From Candidatus Atabeyarchaeum deiterrae (GTDB lineage Archaea > Asgardarchaeota > Atabeyarchaeia > Atabeyarchaeales > Atabeyarchaeaceae), in contig CP147780.1 in NCBI GenBank assembly GCA_037310415.1, positions 1,984,001 to 2,048,000 of the forward strand: a stretch of 64,000 nucleotides of DNA, in the 5' to 3' direction. Below the pieces are notes generated by a model that did no database searches, was not told the origin of the DNA, and saw only the letters and a program-made list of their open reading frames with translations. Below are positions 21,808 through 31,692 of the stretch, one piece after another (within the stretch, counting starts at the first letter, position 1; each line of letters begins with the position of its first letter). Position numbers and translations under genes: made by a program.

Positions 21808-24009
21808 CTACGAGGATACCTCAACCCAGATCGGCCCCGCATACGCGGTTCGACCATTATCTCCAACTACGCGCAATAGGTAAAAGTCTGCGCCAGAAGT
21901 GCTCAGCGTGTTTGGATCTATTGGGTTGTCGCTGTAACTGTTTATGTAGTACTTTCCGTCCACCTGAATACAGTTCCCAACGCCATAAGATGTGCCCGTG
22001 ATAGGAGTAGCATCGATTAACGTTACGTTTGCCACAGGTGTACTCACTGGGATTCGGGCTAGGAGGTTGCCGTTCTTGAAGATCTCGATGTTTGCCCGCC
22101 AGTCGGGCACCCAATTAGTCGTTACTGATGCTGCTTGGGGGCGCTTGTTCGCCGCGGGTGCTCCATCCTGCGCAATTATCACGTTTATCTGTCTTGCAGT
22201 TGAGGCGTTAGCCACCTTCAGTGTGGAGCCATCACCCACGCGCGTCCCATTAATCGTGAAACTGATAAAAGGTCGCCCATAGTCGGAGGATGCATAGATC
22301 CTCTGATTCTCCAAACCAGCAAATACTGAACCTCGCGTAAGGTTCAAGGCGTACACCGCCGTTATCCCGCTAGGATACGGCATGCCGCCGCGAATATTCC
22401 AAGTCGTCCAAGGCCTCTGGTGACCTATATAGGCATTCGTGTGGCTCAGCGAGTGCCCTGGATGGCCATCGTGGTTATCACCTGAAGCGTACACCGTCAT
22501 CCTATACCCCATCTTGAAGGCATCTATGACGCAGCTCCCCGGAGTGTACGCGGGCGGCGGATCGACGCAACCCCTATAATTAAAGGGATCACGCTGCTCA
22601 AACAGACACTCACCATGAACAGATGTGACTTCCACGATCTTGACGTACTTCGCATTAACGTAAGTCCAGTCCTGTATGTAATCTTCCTCCGTCGTATGAT
22701 GGGGAAGCGCCAGTGCGCGACAACCAGTTGAATTCGTGAAGGCGTCGAGAGCGTTCCAAAGTTGCTGAGGCTCAGGAATCACCATGTAAGAGAGAACAGG
22801 ATCCTTGATGAGCTTATCTCCACTGAAAATACACGTATAGTGCCCCGTACTAGTCTGAGTCCATTCGATTCCCTGCAACGCAACGAAGCTACCAGGATCA
22901 TACGCCAAGTTCGTCGCCCGCTCCGAGTGATCCATAGCTCCAAGCAGAGCCCCAAATCCAAGATTCATAACTTCGCCATGATCCGTCAGCGCACAATAGT
23001 CCAAGCAGGCAACGTATCTTGCATAGTAGTAGTTGTGTTCCGGTGATCCACTTCCATCGGAAAGCTCCGAGTGGCTGTGGATATCGCCCCAATAGATCAT
23101 GGGATCCTCAGCTGAAAAGTTGCCGATAATAATAGGGTTACTCCAATAGGTGTTCTGCGTAATAGAGTCATTAACTAGAAGATAGTGGATGCCTGGAGTA
23201 TCTATCCTCGCAGTGAAAACATGGAGCCCGTTATCTCTTCCATCACGAATCTCATACGCCATGTCGCTACCAAAATCCTGCCCAGAAAAGGTGTAGGCGC
23301 TCGGCAAGCCTGCGTTGACCGAAGAGAGCAGCTCGAATGTCGTAAGATTATACGACCTCACTGAGAACTGAACCGTCCCCTTGTAGACCGCACTCAGACG
23401 TTCATATGAATCCCATGTCTCAACTGCCACACTAAAATCTGAGCCTACGTTCACTGTTGTGGGCGCATGAACCCATAGCAACCGAGGGTTATTGTCAAAG
23501 GCTACTCCGAGGTTCACACTTACACCGCCCCAGAAAATCGCCGGAACAATGACGATTGCAAGCGCAAGTGACACCTTCGCATACTTTGGCATCCGTTTGG
23601 CAAATGTATCATATCTCACCAGCCGCCTTGGCCTACGAGTTCTCTTTCTACCCCAGATTCTCCATATGGCGAATACAACAGTGTATGCAATCATGGTGCC
23701 AGGTCCAATGATGATCGCGAAATACGAGGTCGAATAACTTGGACCCCCAAATACGCTGAGGGTATTAAGATAAGACATGGTATTCAAGATGAAGGTACTA
23801 ACGCCCGACGCCCAGGCCAAGACAAGCCCATGGATCCTCCACGCGGAACCCCTGAACAAAACAAAGTAAAGGATACCTATTAACAACCCAATGAAGCTGA
23901 AGAAGAAAGAAGCCGTCAAATAAACTCCAAACACGAAAACAACGAAGCGGAGTACCCTCAGCGCGGTTCTCACAAAATGATAACCGTCTTCTGGCGAGTG
24001 CGCTACCAA
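21808..24009 (-). CDS. membrane protein with DUF3604/PHP-like metal-dependent hydrolase domain
   Basis: N-terminal TM helices; WGDIHSHSELSDG, LTDH, GIEWT, PHH, SGDNHDGHPG. Confidence 0.8.
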   Translation of the reverse strand: MVAHSPEDGYHFVRTALRVLRFVVFVFGVYLTASFFFSFIGLLIGILYFVLFRGSAWRIHGLVLAWASGVSTFILNTMSYLNTLSVFGGPSYSTSYFAIIIGPGTMIAYTVVFAIWRIWGRKRTRRPRRLVRYDTFAKRMPKYAKVSLALAIVIVPAIFWGGVSVNLGVAFDNNPRLLWVHAPTTVNVGSDFSVAVETWDSYERLSAVYKGTVQFSVRSYNLTTFELLSSVNAGLPSAYTFSGQDFGSDMAYEIRDGRDNGLHVFTARIDTPGIHYLLVNDSITQNTYWSNPIIIGNFSAEDPMIYWGDIHSHSELSDGSGSPEHNYYYARYVACLDYCALTDHGEVMNLGFGALLGAMDHSERATNLAYDPGSFVALQGIEWTQTSTGHYTCIFSGDKLIKDPVLSYMVIPEPQQLWNALDAFTNSTGCRALALPHHTTEEDYIQDWTYVNAKYVKIVEVTSVHGECLFEQRDPFNYRGCVDPPPAYTPGSCVIDAFKMGYRMTVYASGDNHDGHPGHSLSHTNAYIGHQRPWTTWNIRGGMPYPSGITAVYALNLTRGSVFAGLENQRIYASSDYGRPFISFTINGTRVGDGSTLKVANASTARQINVIIAQDGAPAANKRPQAASVTTNWVPDWRANIEIFKNGNLLARIPVSTPVANVTLIDATPITGTSYGVGNCIQVDGKYYINSYSDNPIDPNTLSTSGADFYLLRVVGDNGRTAYAGPIWVEVSS

Positions 24010-24324
24010 CGATTGCAGACTCCAGTTCCACCAGATCCCATAGCTAGGCGTGAGCTCTCTTGGCGCTTCCTATTAATCCTTTCGCTGTGAACTTATGAAG
24101 AGATCAGGTATCTCGGTGAATTCTACATACCTTCTACCCAAGAGGCAAGAGCATGTCCTGCAATCGCGCAGGAAATCAAGGACTTTGCTATCAAGGAGCT
24201 GGGGGTCAAGGAGGAGGATCACCAGTGATTCCCTGCGACCATTAAACTGGGTGGATACCAACCAGAATCGAAAGCCCTACTGCGGGCTCCTACGTAAGAG
24301 AATACGACAGCCAAGTTTTCCTAT

Positions 24325-24678
24325 CTAGAATCGATTGCCCAGACCGTTTAAGATACCCTCGATTGGCAGTTTGAGAGCGGGTATATCCTCGTTTGCCGCC
24401 TTCCACAAGATCTCCAAATCGATACCGAAATACTCATGAATCAGCTTATCTCTCATGCCTGCCATCTTCCTCCACGGAACCTCGCGATGCTTGTCTCTTA
24501 TCGCCCTAGGTACCCTCTTGGAGGCCTCCCCTATTACCTCAATGCTTCTGACCACAGCGTTCACTGTTTTCCTGTCATCCCTGAAATGATCGTAGCTGAG
24601 ACCTCTGATGAAAACCTCTACCTCATTGATCGCGTCAAGAATATCCTTCAGGTAATCCCGAAAGTCACGCGTCCTCAT
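24325..24678 (-). CDS. HEPN (DUF86) toxin
   Basis: IEVIGEA, GMRDKLIHEYFG. Confidence 0.9.
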   Translation of the reverse strand: MRTRDFRDYLKDILDAINEVEVFIRGLSYDHFRDDRKTVNAVVRSIEVIGEASKRVPRAIRDKHREVPWRKMAGMRDKLIHEYFGIDLEILWKAANEDIPALKLPIEGILNGLGNRF

Positions 24679-24992
24679 ACATAAACGACTTCTTTTCTTA
24701 TGTATTCGCCAATAAATGGCTTAAGAGCCTTCTTTGAAACGAGGTCAACCTTTCTCCCCAGCAGGCTCGAGAGGTACTCCTCCAAATCCATGAATTCAAA
24801 GAGACCTATCGGCTCCTCGAACTCTACCAATATGTCGATGTCGCTCCCCTTCTTGTGCTCTCCCCTCACAAAGGAGCCAAAAACTCCTATCTGCTTCACC
24901 TTGAACTTTACCCTCAGTTCTTCTCTATGCGCCCTCAGCGCCACCTTGATTTTCTCAACATTCATCATGGTGTATCGACAATATGACAACAA
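24675..24992 (-). CDS. MNT nucleotidyltransferase antitoxin
   Basis: VFGSFVRGE...SDIDILVEF; true start probably a downstream Met. Confidence 0.9.
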   Translation of the reverse strand: MLSYCRYTMMNVEKIKVALRAHREELRVKFKVKQIGVFGSFVRGEHKKGSDIDILVEFEEPIGLFEFMDLEEYLSSLLGRKVDLVSKKALKPFIGEYIRKEVVYV

Positions 24993-25315
24993 ATTTAAGT
25001 CTTTTCTAGGGGAGACACTTGGAAGGCATCAGGGACATGCTCACCCAGCCGACCACCATTTCTGTTGAGGCCCCTGCATTGTCCAAAAAGCATCAGGTAA
25101 GACTGTGGTCTTACATTTCATGCGACTATGAAGTCAGAACATGACCCAAACAAGCACAAGCGAGATAGAAGCCACATTGTGAAGGTCGACAGAGACGCAT
25201 TACTGTGGGAGCCCAAAGAGTTCAAACTACCGCCTTTCTCACTCTACCGCAATTTGGGCAACATAGGCAATTCCACTGAACAACGAGAGGCATCGTGCTG
25301 CGCTGCGACTTCTGC

Positions 25316-25555
25316 TCAGGTTCTTCCCCCGAATTTCCTTGCTTCTCTCAGTACGGTTCTCAAGTCCAGAGCCTTGCCCTTATTCCTAAGCTCCTTCGTA
25401 GCATCACCAATCTTTGGGGTTATAGCTTCAAGATAGAGAAGATATTCATCTCTACTGAGCTCACTTCTTAGGATATCCAGAGCCTTTCTCATGACAGCTT
25501 CCGCCGACATGGCGCTATTCACCTTCGAACCCCCTTCAAGGGGTTGGTAGCTCAC
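25316..25555 (-). CDS. small hypothetical protein, third gene of the TA-like operon
   Basis: Adjoins the DUF2283 gene; likely start is ATG 25510. Confidence 0.5.
   Translation of the reverse strand: MSYQPLEGGSKVNSAMSAEAVMRKALDILRSELSRDEYLLYLEAITPKIGDATKELRNKGKALDLRTVLREARKFGGRT
25531..25555 (+). mobile_element. solo IS605-type right end
   Basis: 25532-25553 CCCTTCAAGGGGTTGGTAGCTC is identical to the reverse complement of 60979-61000 (end of the tnpB remnant) and is followed by AC, giving a TCAC terminus. Confidence 0.65.
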
Positions 25556-25764
25556 CCTTGTGAATGTGACTTGAGCGTTCTGGATTTGAAACCTGTTATC
25601 GTTATACCAACCACTTCGTGATCTGAGATTCGGTATACGACTCCATCTCCGACCTCAATGCTGTCCTTGGCTTCCCTGGGCTTTCCGAAGCTCATGTACA
25701 GCACATCAGCCTCCTCATCATAGTCCAAGTCAACCTTCTCAAGACTCACTGCGGCTTTCTCCAC
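25552..25764 (-). CDS. DUF2283 domain protein (putative antitoxin)
   Basis: YDEEADVLYMSF...VVGITI. Confidence 0.85.
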   Translation of the reverse strand: MEKAAVSLEKVDLDYDEEADVLYMSFGKPREAKDSIEVGDGVVYRISDHEVVGITITGFKSRTLKSHSQG

Positions 25765-26039
25765 ATCACTTCACCTTTGACTTTCCCAATATTAGAAGTA
25801 AAGTAGGCAGTTATAATAATCCTTTCGTTGCCACGTTCATCATAAACAACTACAAGATACTTCCGCCCAATATGAAGATCTGAATAGAACCTCAGCGCCT
25901 TGAACTCGCCCCTAGATCCCCTTACGATCAGGTCAGGTTTCTCAACAGCTTCAAGTATCCTATTCGCGTAGGGGGCGACCTCTGGATGTCTCAAAACAAT
26001 ATGCTCAAGGACTCTCTTGTTAAGCTTGCTCCTCGTCAC
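25746..26039 (-). CDS. RelE/BrnT-like (DUF4258-like) putative RNase toxin
   Basis: HIVLRHPEV...PDLIV...YLVVVY...IITAY, directly upstream of DUF2283. Confidence 0.7.
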   Translation of the reverse strand: MTRSKLNKRVLEHIVLRHPEVAPYANRILEAVEKPDLIVRGSRGEFKALRFYSDLHIGRKYLVVVYDERGNERIIITAYFTSNIGKVKGEVMWRKPQ

Positions 26040-26195
26040 TCAGCAATCCACCGCTTCGCTTTACATCTGCCAAGAATCTTCTATCAAAGAGATTTAAACT
26101 TGCCTGGGAGTCAAATCCTCTGCAAAGTGCACGGAGCTTTGATTCTTCCTCCCCACCTCATATCTTACTCATCAATGAACAAATAACATGGTTGA

Positions 26196-26714
26196 GTTTA
26201 TGGAGAAATAGAAGACTCGCTGAAATCAACGTATGGAGACAAGTGGAAGCAAGCACTACTCCTACACATGCTTATTGGAGTAGGACGAATCATCGCGGAA
26301 AAAATCGAATGGATAGAATGTACATTCGGACGGACAGACACTGACGATGACAATCACAAAGAGCAACAGAAAGCGGAACCCGACTCGATCAATCTACTGG
26401 AGCAGAACCCACTGGGATATGTATGAACAAAAAACAGCAGGATCGCCGACATACTGAGGTTCAACCTCTACTGGATCCCTAAGCTGAGCTTCGGACATGA
26501 CACCTATCAGAACTTTTCAAATGTAGGCGACCTAGTCAAGTCGATGGGCGCTCACGCCCTCCAGACGCTTCAGGAAAAGAAGGGCAATTTCCCCCGTTTC
26601 GCCGAAGCCTTGATGAAGCAGGCATGGCGGAAGACAAAAGACACAATAAAGCGGGGAATACAGATAGTTGTCAGATGGCTCTACTTAATATCAGGATCTT
26701 ACAGCCACAGATAG
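26196..26714 (+). pseudogene. ~170-codon frame interrupted by a single TGA (26424-26426), unknown family
   Basis: Translated by hand: one frame stays open on both sides of a single stop; no start codon at its 5' end. Confidence 0.35.
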
Positions 26715-27014
26715 ACTGCTAGCGGCACAGAACCGATGGATCTGCACGAAGCCGTTCTACGTGGGCCTCCCGATAGATTTAGGACTGGAATACTGACTCA
26801 ACATAAGTACCAGCGAAATGGATACCAGCAGGTGCGCGTTGTTGAGAGAACTCATGTCTGCAACCCTCGGCGCCTTCAGTTAACCATGATGTGTGGCTAC
26901 TCAGGCTCTTCTGAGCGGGCACAGTACGCGGCGAGAACACGAAAGACTGGCCAGAGATGTTCGCAAAGATTAAATACGAGAAGCTAGAGACACAATGCCA
27001 CAAATCAGGCATAC

Positions 27015-30000
27015 TTGGGAGAGAGGAACGAGGGAGATCAATTGCAGCAAAAGAGAGTACTATACACCCTATTTGTGGCAATTACGATACTCGTTGGAAT
27101 AGCTTCCCCATTCGGGAATAGCGCATTCATAACGCCTGCGTCAGCGCAGGACGAAACAGGGAACATAGTCATTCATGTCGTTGACTCGGTTAACAACCCT
27201 ATCAGCGCCGCAAGCGTCGTCTCCATCGCAGAGCCAACTGGTCAATCTCCTTTGAGTAGATTGACTGACCAAAACGGAATCGCCGAGTTTCTAGGTGTAA
27301 CGCCTGGCGACTACAGGTTCGAGATCTTCAAGGATGGCTACTACTACTCATATGAACCTCTGAGAGTTGAAGCTCTACAAACGACCTATAAGACAGTTGG
27401 ACTTGACATGTTCACTGGCTATGGCCCGCATGCGAGCGAAATCGTCTTCAACGAATACCCTGATTCCTATGCACAATATCAAGCAATGAAGGACGGTTTG
27501 GTAGACACAATGACCTGGCAAATACCATCCGACCTCATACCTGACGCGATACAGCGACAGACTGACGGGCAATTCAAACTATCAATGCAACCAAGCCCGA
27601 CTATCGTTCAAATCGCGATAAACTGCCTCCCGGCAAGATATCCACTGAACCAAGTCGGCTTCAGAAAGGCCCTCGCTCACCTGGTCGACAAAGACTCAAT
27701 CGTCGCGACAGGTTTGGGCGGATACGGCTATGTACTCAACAACCTTGTCCCCTCAGCTTACTTGGGAGTCTGGTCAAACCCTAGCGTAAGGACGTATGCT
27801 TACAGCTTGTCGGAGGCAAACAGGACACTATACGACTATGGCTTCTACTACACAGCTCAAGCTAACAGCTTCCCGCTTACGGGAGGGGTCTGGAAAGACA
27901 AAAACGGGGTTGACATTCGTTCAATAGAACTGCTCAGCCGAATAGACATTCTGGCTAGGAAGTTCGCTGCTGAACAACTGGGGCAGGCATTGGACGAGCT
28001 AGACATCTCTCACACCCTGCGATTGCTAACCCGGGACGATTTCAGGCATGTTGCATACGAGGCACCTTGGGACGACACTGATCTTGTCTTCGGCGGCTGG
28101 GGGACATCGCCTGATCCAACGTACCTTTGGAGCTTCTTCAACAGTAGATCTGACCCCTATTACAACTACGTATTTTGGAACAACTCCACCTACGATTACT
28201 GGTCAGACCTCATGATGAAATCCAGTAATTACACCGAAGTTCTAACAGCTTGCTACAAATGTCAGGAGTTGCTTGCAGACGGTGTGCCGTACATTCCACT
28301 ATACAATCAGCTATCAGTTGGTGCGGGTTCAGTCGACTGGGATGGGTGGATCGACGCCATTAACCCTTGCAGTGACGTCGGCATAGCGAACTTCTACAGT
28401 TTCATCGAAGTTCACCCAATTGGGGCGACCGTCGGAGGATCACTGAGAATTGGGTTGCATGCGCCGTTAACTTCTCTCAACTATTTCGGACTGCACACTT
28501 ATAGCACGGACTTCTATGTATTTGATCTCATATACGAACCCCTTACGCGTCCTGACCCTTACACTTCAGTCTGGCAACCGTGGATGGCTGAGAGCTACAA
28601 GATAGAGACCTTTGACTTGAATCCAAGCGAACAGGGCTTGAAGATAACTTTCGTACTGAGGGACAACTTGAAGTGGCACGATGGCGAAAAGGTAAACTCG
28701 ACCGACGTCAAGACCACATTCGAATTGTTCAACTCGACTGGGTGGATCAACACCCTTCATAACGTCACCACCCCCGACGACAGGACCGCCATCGTATACC
28801 TGAAGACGGCATCATTCTTTGCTTTTAGTTCGATAGCTTGGCTGCCCATTCTTCCGAATCACATCTGGTCAGACTACGCGGCAGATCCTAACATCTGGAA
28901 CTTGGACGTTGAGCAACTCGGCATGCTGGTCGGTTCGGGTCCATACGTGTTCGAGGAGCATTCTACTGGCAACTATGTGAGGCTGAAAGCCTTTGCCGAC
29001 TACGTCAGGCCGCCAGTGTCATGGTCTGAGCCCATGTACACCCCCATTGGATCTGGCATCGAGGTCAGTGACCCAGTGACAAACATCGCGGTGACCTTTG
29101 ATCAAGTTACTGAGAGTGGAACAACTCTAGTTACTACTAGCGAGATGGGCCCAGGACCGCCGCTAGAATTCCAGGTCACTAGCACTTACTACCACATCAT
29201 GACAGACGCGAGTTACACTGATGCGATTACGATAGCAATCCCCTACAATGAAAGCAGAATCCAAGGCGACGAAGAGAGCCTAAGACTGATGCACTGGGAC
29301 CAAAGCATGGCAACGTGGGTTGATGTGACGAGCGGAAGAGACACTACTAACAACATAATCTATGGAACCGTCACAAGTCTCTCAATATTCGCCTTGATGG
29401 CTGACGTCGTGCCACCAACTACTGAATTGACCATCGGGACGCACTACTCTGACCCCTCAGGAAGAACTTACGTCACATCAAGCACAGACTTGACACTTGT
29501 GGCTGGCGATCAAGGCTCAGGCGTGCGAAACACATACTACCGCATAAACAGTGGTGATTGGATACCGTATGCAGGTGCCTTCCATTTGGTCGGTTCAGAT
29601 GGGACTTACACAATAAGCTACTACAGCACTGACGTTGCGGGCAACAACGAGACAGCGAAATCCACAACCCTGACACTGACAAGCATTAACGTTGACTCGT
29701 ACATATCAAAAGGAGACTCTAACCGGATAAGCTATTTCGACGTTGTCTTCTCTAAGGACAAGTCATCGGGTTACAGGCTCGTTTCGACCAACCCAGGGGA
29801 ATTCTTCTACAACTTTGAAGTCACCAACAACTGGCCCATCCCAGCTCGAACGATGGCAATCAACCTAGCTATACCGAGTGCATTCGCGATGAAAGGCGCA
29901 AACCCAATACAGGTATACCTTAACGGCAACGACATAACCGGCTACTGCACAATCACGGGCACCACGATAACAATCGCAAACGTTCCTGCTGGCGGCACGG

Positions 30001-30413
30001 TTCATGTAAGGGTTCACTTGGACTACGCCTTGAAAGGAACCATCTATCCGTCTCTTGACAGTTTCGCGATGAGGGGCTACGCCTTCCATACAAGCGTCAC
30101 TGGATCAGGCGACCTCATAGGAACACACGCTTCTACAACTGACCTAATTGCTCACCAGAAGAAGACCACAGCGATAGCTGGCTTCGTAACTGATGCCAAT
30201 GGCAATGGTGTCCAAGGCTTGACAGTGCAATTGTTTGATTCGATTGGGAACTTAATACAGACGACAGTCACAGATGAAAACGGATTCTACTACTTCATAG
30301 ACATTCAGGCTGGAAGCTACACCGTCAAGGTCACAGATAGTGGTGCAACATATATTCAGAGTGTCATCGCAATAGACCGTGAATTAATGGGATTAGATTT
30401 CGGGATTCAATAG
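27015..30413 (+). CDS. family 5 (OppA/DppA-like) solute-binding protein with additional beta-sandwich domains
   Basis: Signal peptide; FRKALAHLVDK, WHDGEKV..DVKTT, GSGPY; carboxypeptidase-regulatory-like ends; YYSTDVAGNNE repeat. Confidence 0.8.
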   Translation: MGERNEGDQLQQKRVLYTLFVAITILVGIASPFGNSAFITPASAQDETGNIVIHVVDSVNNPISAASVVSIAEPTGQSPLSRLTDQNGIAEFLGVTPGDYRFEIFKDGYYYSYEPLRVEALQTTYKTVGLDMFTGYGPHASEIVFNEYPDSYAQYQAMKDGLVDTMTWQIPSDLIPDAIQRQTDGQFKLSMQPSPTIVQIAINCLPARYPLNQVGFRKALAHLVDKDSIVATGLGGYGYVLNNLVPSAYLGVWSNPSVRTYAYSLSEANRTLYDYGFYYTAQANSFPLTGGVWKDKNGVDIRSIELLSRIDILARKFAAEQLGQALDELDISHTLRLLTRDDFRHVAYEAPWDDTDLVFGGWGTSPDPTYLWSFFNSRSDPYYNYVFWNNSTYDYWSDLMMKSSNYTEVLTACYKCQELLADGVPYIPLYNQLSVGAGSVDWDGWIDAINPCSDVGIANFYSFIEVHPIGATVGGSLRIGLHAPLTSLNYFGLHTYSTDFYVFDLIYEPLTRPDPYTSVWQPWMAESYKIETFDLNPSEQGLKITFVLRDNLKWHDGEKVNSTDVKTTFELFNSTGWINTLHNVTTPDDRTAIVYLKTASFFAFSSIAWLPILPNHIWSDYAADPNIWNLDVEQLGMLVGSGPYVFEEHSTGNYVRLKAFADYVRPPVSWSEPMYTPIGSGIEVSDPVTNIAVTFDQVTESGTTLVTTSEMGPGPPLEFQVTSTYYHIMTDASYTDAITIAIPYNESRIQGDEESLRLMHWDQSMATWVDVTSGRDTTNNIIYGTVTSLSIFALMADVVPPTTELTIGTHYSDPSGRTYVTSSTDLTLVAGDQGSGVRNTYYRINSGDWIPYAGAFHLVGSDGTYTISYYSTDVAGNNETAKSTTLTLTSINVDSYISKGDSNRISYFDVVFSKDKSSGYRLVSTNPGEFFYNFEVTNNWPIPARTMAINLAIPSAFAMKGANPIQVYLNGNDITGYCTITGTTITIANVPAGGTVHVRVHLDYALKGTIYPSLDSFAMRGYAFHTSVTGSGDLIGTHASTTDLIAHQKKTTAIAGFVTDANGNGVQGLTVQLFDSIGNLIQTTVTDENGFYYFIDIQAGSYTVKVTDSGATYIQSVIAIDRELMGLDFGIQ

Positions 30414-30432
30414 GCTAAGGTTTCTGCACAAT

Positions 30433-30448
30433 CCCCCCTCTTTTTTTC
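30433..30448 (+). terminator. pyrimidine/T-tract terminator
   Basis: CCCCCCTCTTTTTTTT about 20 bp after the solute-binding protein stop codon. Confidence 0.55.
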
Positions 30449-30531
30449 AAGGCAGAACCGAGTCTTTTTCTCAGATGATACTTGTCACCATGGGGGTTTT
30501 GCTCGCTCATCGTCGTCGAGGCCCGCGCAAA

Positions 30532-30559
30532 CGTGCACATAACTCGGCTTATGTGCAGT
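30532..30559. other. dif-like site 1 (attL of the provirus)
   Basis: CGTGCACATAA-CTCGGC-TTATGTGCAGT: 11-6-11 with a 9-bp perfect inverted repeat. Confidence 0.85.
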
Positions 30560-30726
30560 TCCAAAGAGTGACTCTTTGGTGTCGACTTATGGCTGTTTTG
30601 TAGCAACGTTATGTTGCAATTAGATGTAGACGTGGGGGCTATATAAAGTCATACGTTTTACATGATTTTTGAGAGTGAGCTCACCTTACGGGGTGGGCTA
30701 CCTGACAAACAAGGGAGTGTGTCTGA

Positions 30727-31635
30727 ATGGACAAAAGACTAGCTTTGCTTCTGGTTGCGTTGGTTTCCTTCGGGGTTGTTGTGACCGGAATGGGAGTTCT
30801 TACCCCTGCTCAGGCTCTTGACCCGACTTTTAGTTGCACGGCTACGCCTAACAAGGCCATGTATGTATACGGTGAATCTGCCACGGTCGCCATAACGTTA
30901 ACGTATAACTACGTGGCGGCTGCCAAATACCTGAACATAAGGCCATACTTGAATGACGTTGTCCAGTCTACCTCTTGGGGACAGTTCAAGGTCGTGGCGG
31001 GGAGTGCTGGATATACGAACAGCTCTACTAAGACAATGCCGGTGAATGCTACTAAGTTCTTTGGCACTCGAACGTATGTGTTGAAGTTCATAGAAAACAC
31101 GACGAACTTCGTAATAGCTTCGGTGAGCTTCGTGATAACGGTGTCGAGCGCGGGCTATACTTTGAGTGTTGGCATGGTGTACACGGATAGCGACGGTGAC
31201 AAGGTGCTGGATGCGAATGAACCAATCCAGTATACTGCATACCTCACTTACTCGTATCTCAACGTCTCAAAATCCGTTGCGTGGGCGATAAGTATCGATG
31301 GTGGCGCATACCTCACTTTCGACAACGACACGATCGTAGGGAGTAACACAATCAACAGTCTGTATTCCAACACGTTCTCGGTAGACGGGAAGCATGCGGT
31401 AGACTTCAAGGTATATGACAGTCTCGGCGTTTCCTTAGCGACTCAGCACCTAGACGTTGTGGTCGGTGGTGTTGCTGCAGGTAGCTGGATAGACTACCTT
31501 GTGGAGAATCCGCTGTTAATCGTTGCTATTGTTGGCGTTGTTCTGGTTGTGCTTGTTGCTGCTATTGCATTGCGTAGGCCTAAGGGTAGCTCTTCACGGC
31601 GGTTCGGGCGGTGGCGACGTAAGTATAGAGGGTAG
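30727..31635 (+). CDS. viral type I membrane protein (putative major envelope/spike protein)
   Basis: Signal peptide, beta-rich ectodomain, C-terminal TM, Arg-rich tail RRPKGSSSRRFGRWRRKYRG. Confidence 0.7.
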   Translation: MDKRLALLLVALVSFGVVVTGMGVLTPAQALDPTFSCTATPNKAMYVYGESATVAITLTYNYVAAAKYLNIRPYLNDVVQSTSWGQFKVVAGSAGYTNSSTKTMPVNATKFFGTRTYVLKFIENTTNFVIASVSFVITVSSAGYTLSVGMVYTDSDGDKVLDANEPIQYTAYLTYSYLNVSKSVAWAISIDGGAYLTFDNDTIVGSNTINSLYSNTFSVDGKHAVDFKVYDSLGVSLATQHLDVVVGGVAAGSWIDYLVENPLLIVAIVGVVLVVLVAAIALRRPKGSSSRRFGRWRRKYRG

Positions 31636-31656
31636 GCGTTGGGAACAGGGCTAACT

Positions 31657-31673
31657 TCTCCCTCATTTTTTCT
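31657..31673 (+). terminator. internal T-tract terminator after the first viral gene
   Basis: CTCCCTCATTTTTTCT between genes 1 and 2. Confidence 0.4.
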
Positions 31674-31692
31674 AATAGGAGCTGGTGAAACT

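Noticed and set aside
30414-30726. tRNA gene as the integration target
   Set aside because: No cloverleaf or T-loop consensus at either provirus end; no tRNA or rRNA was recognised in the window.
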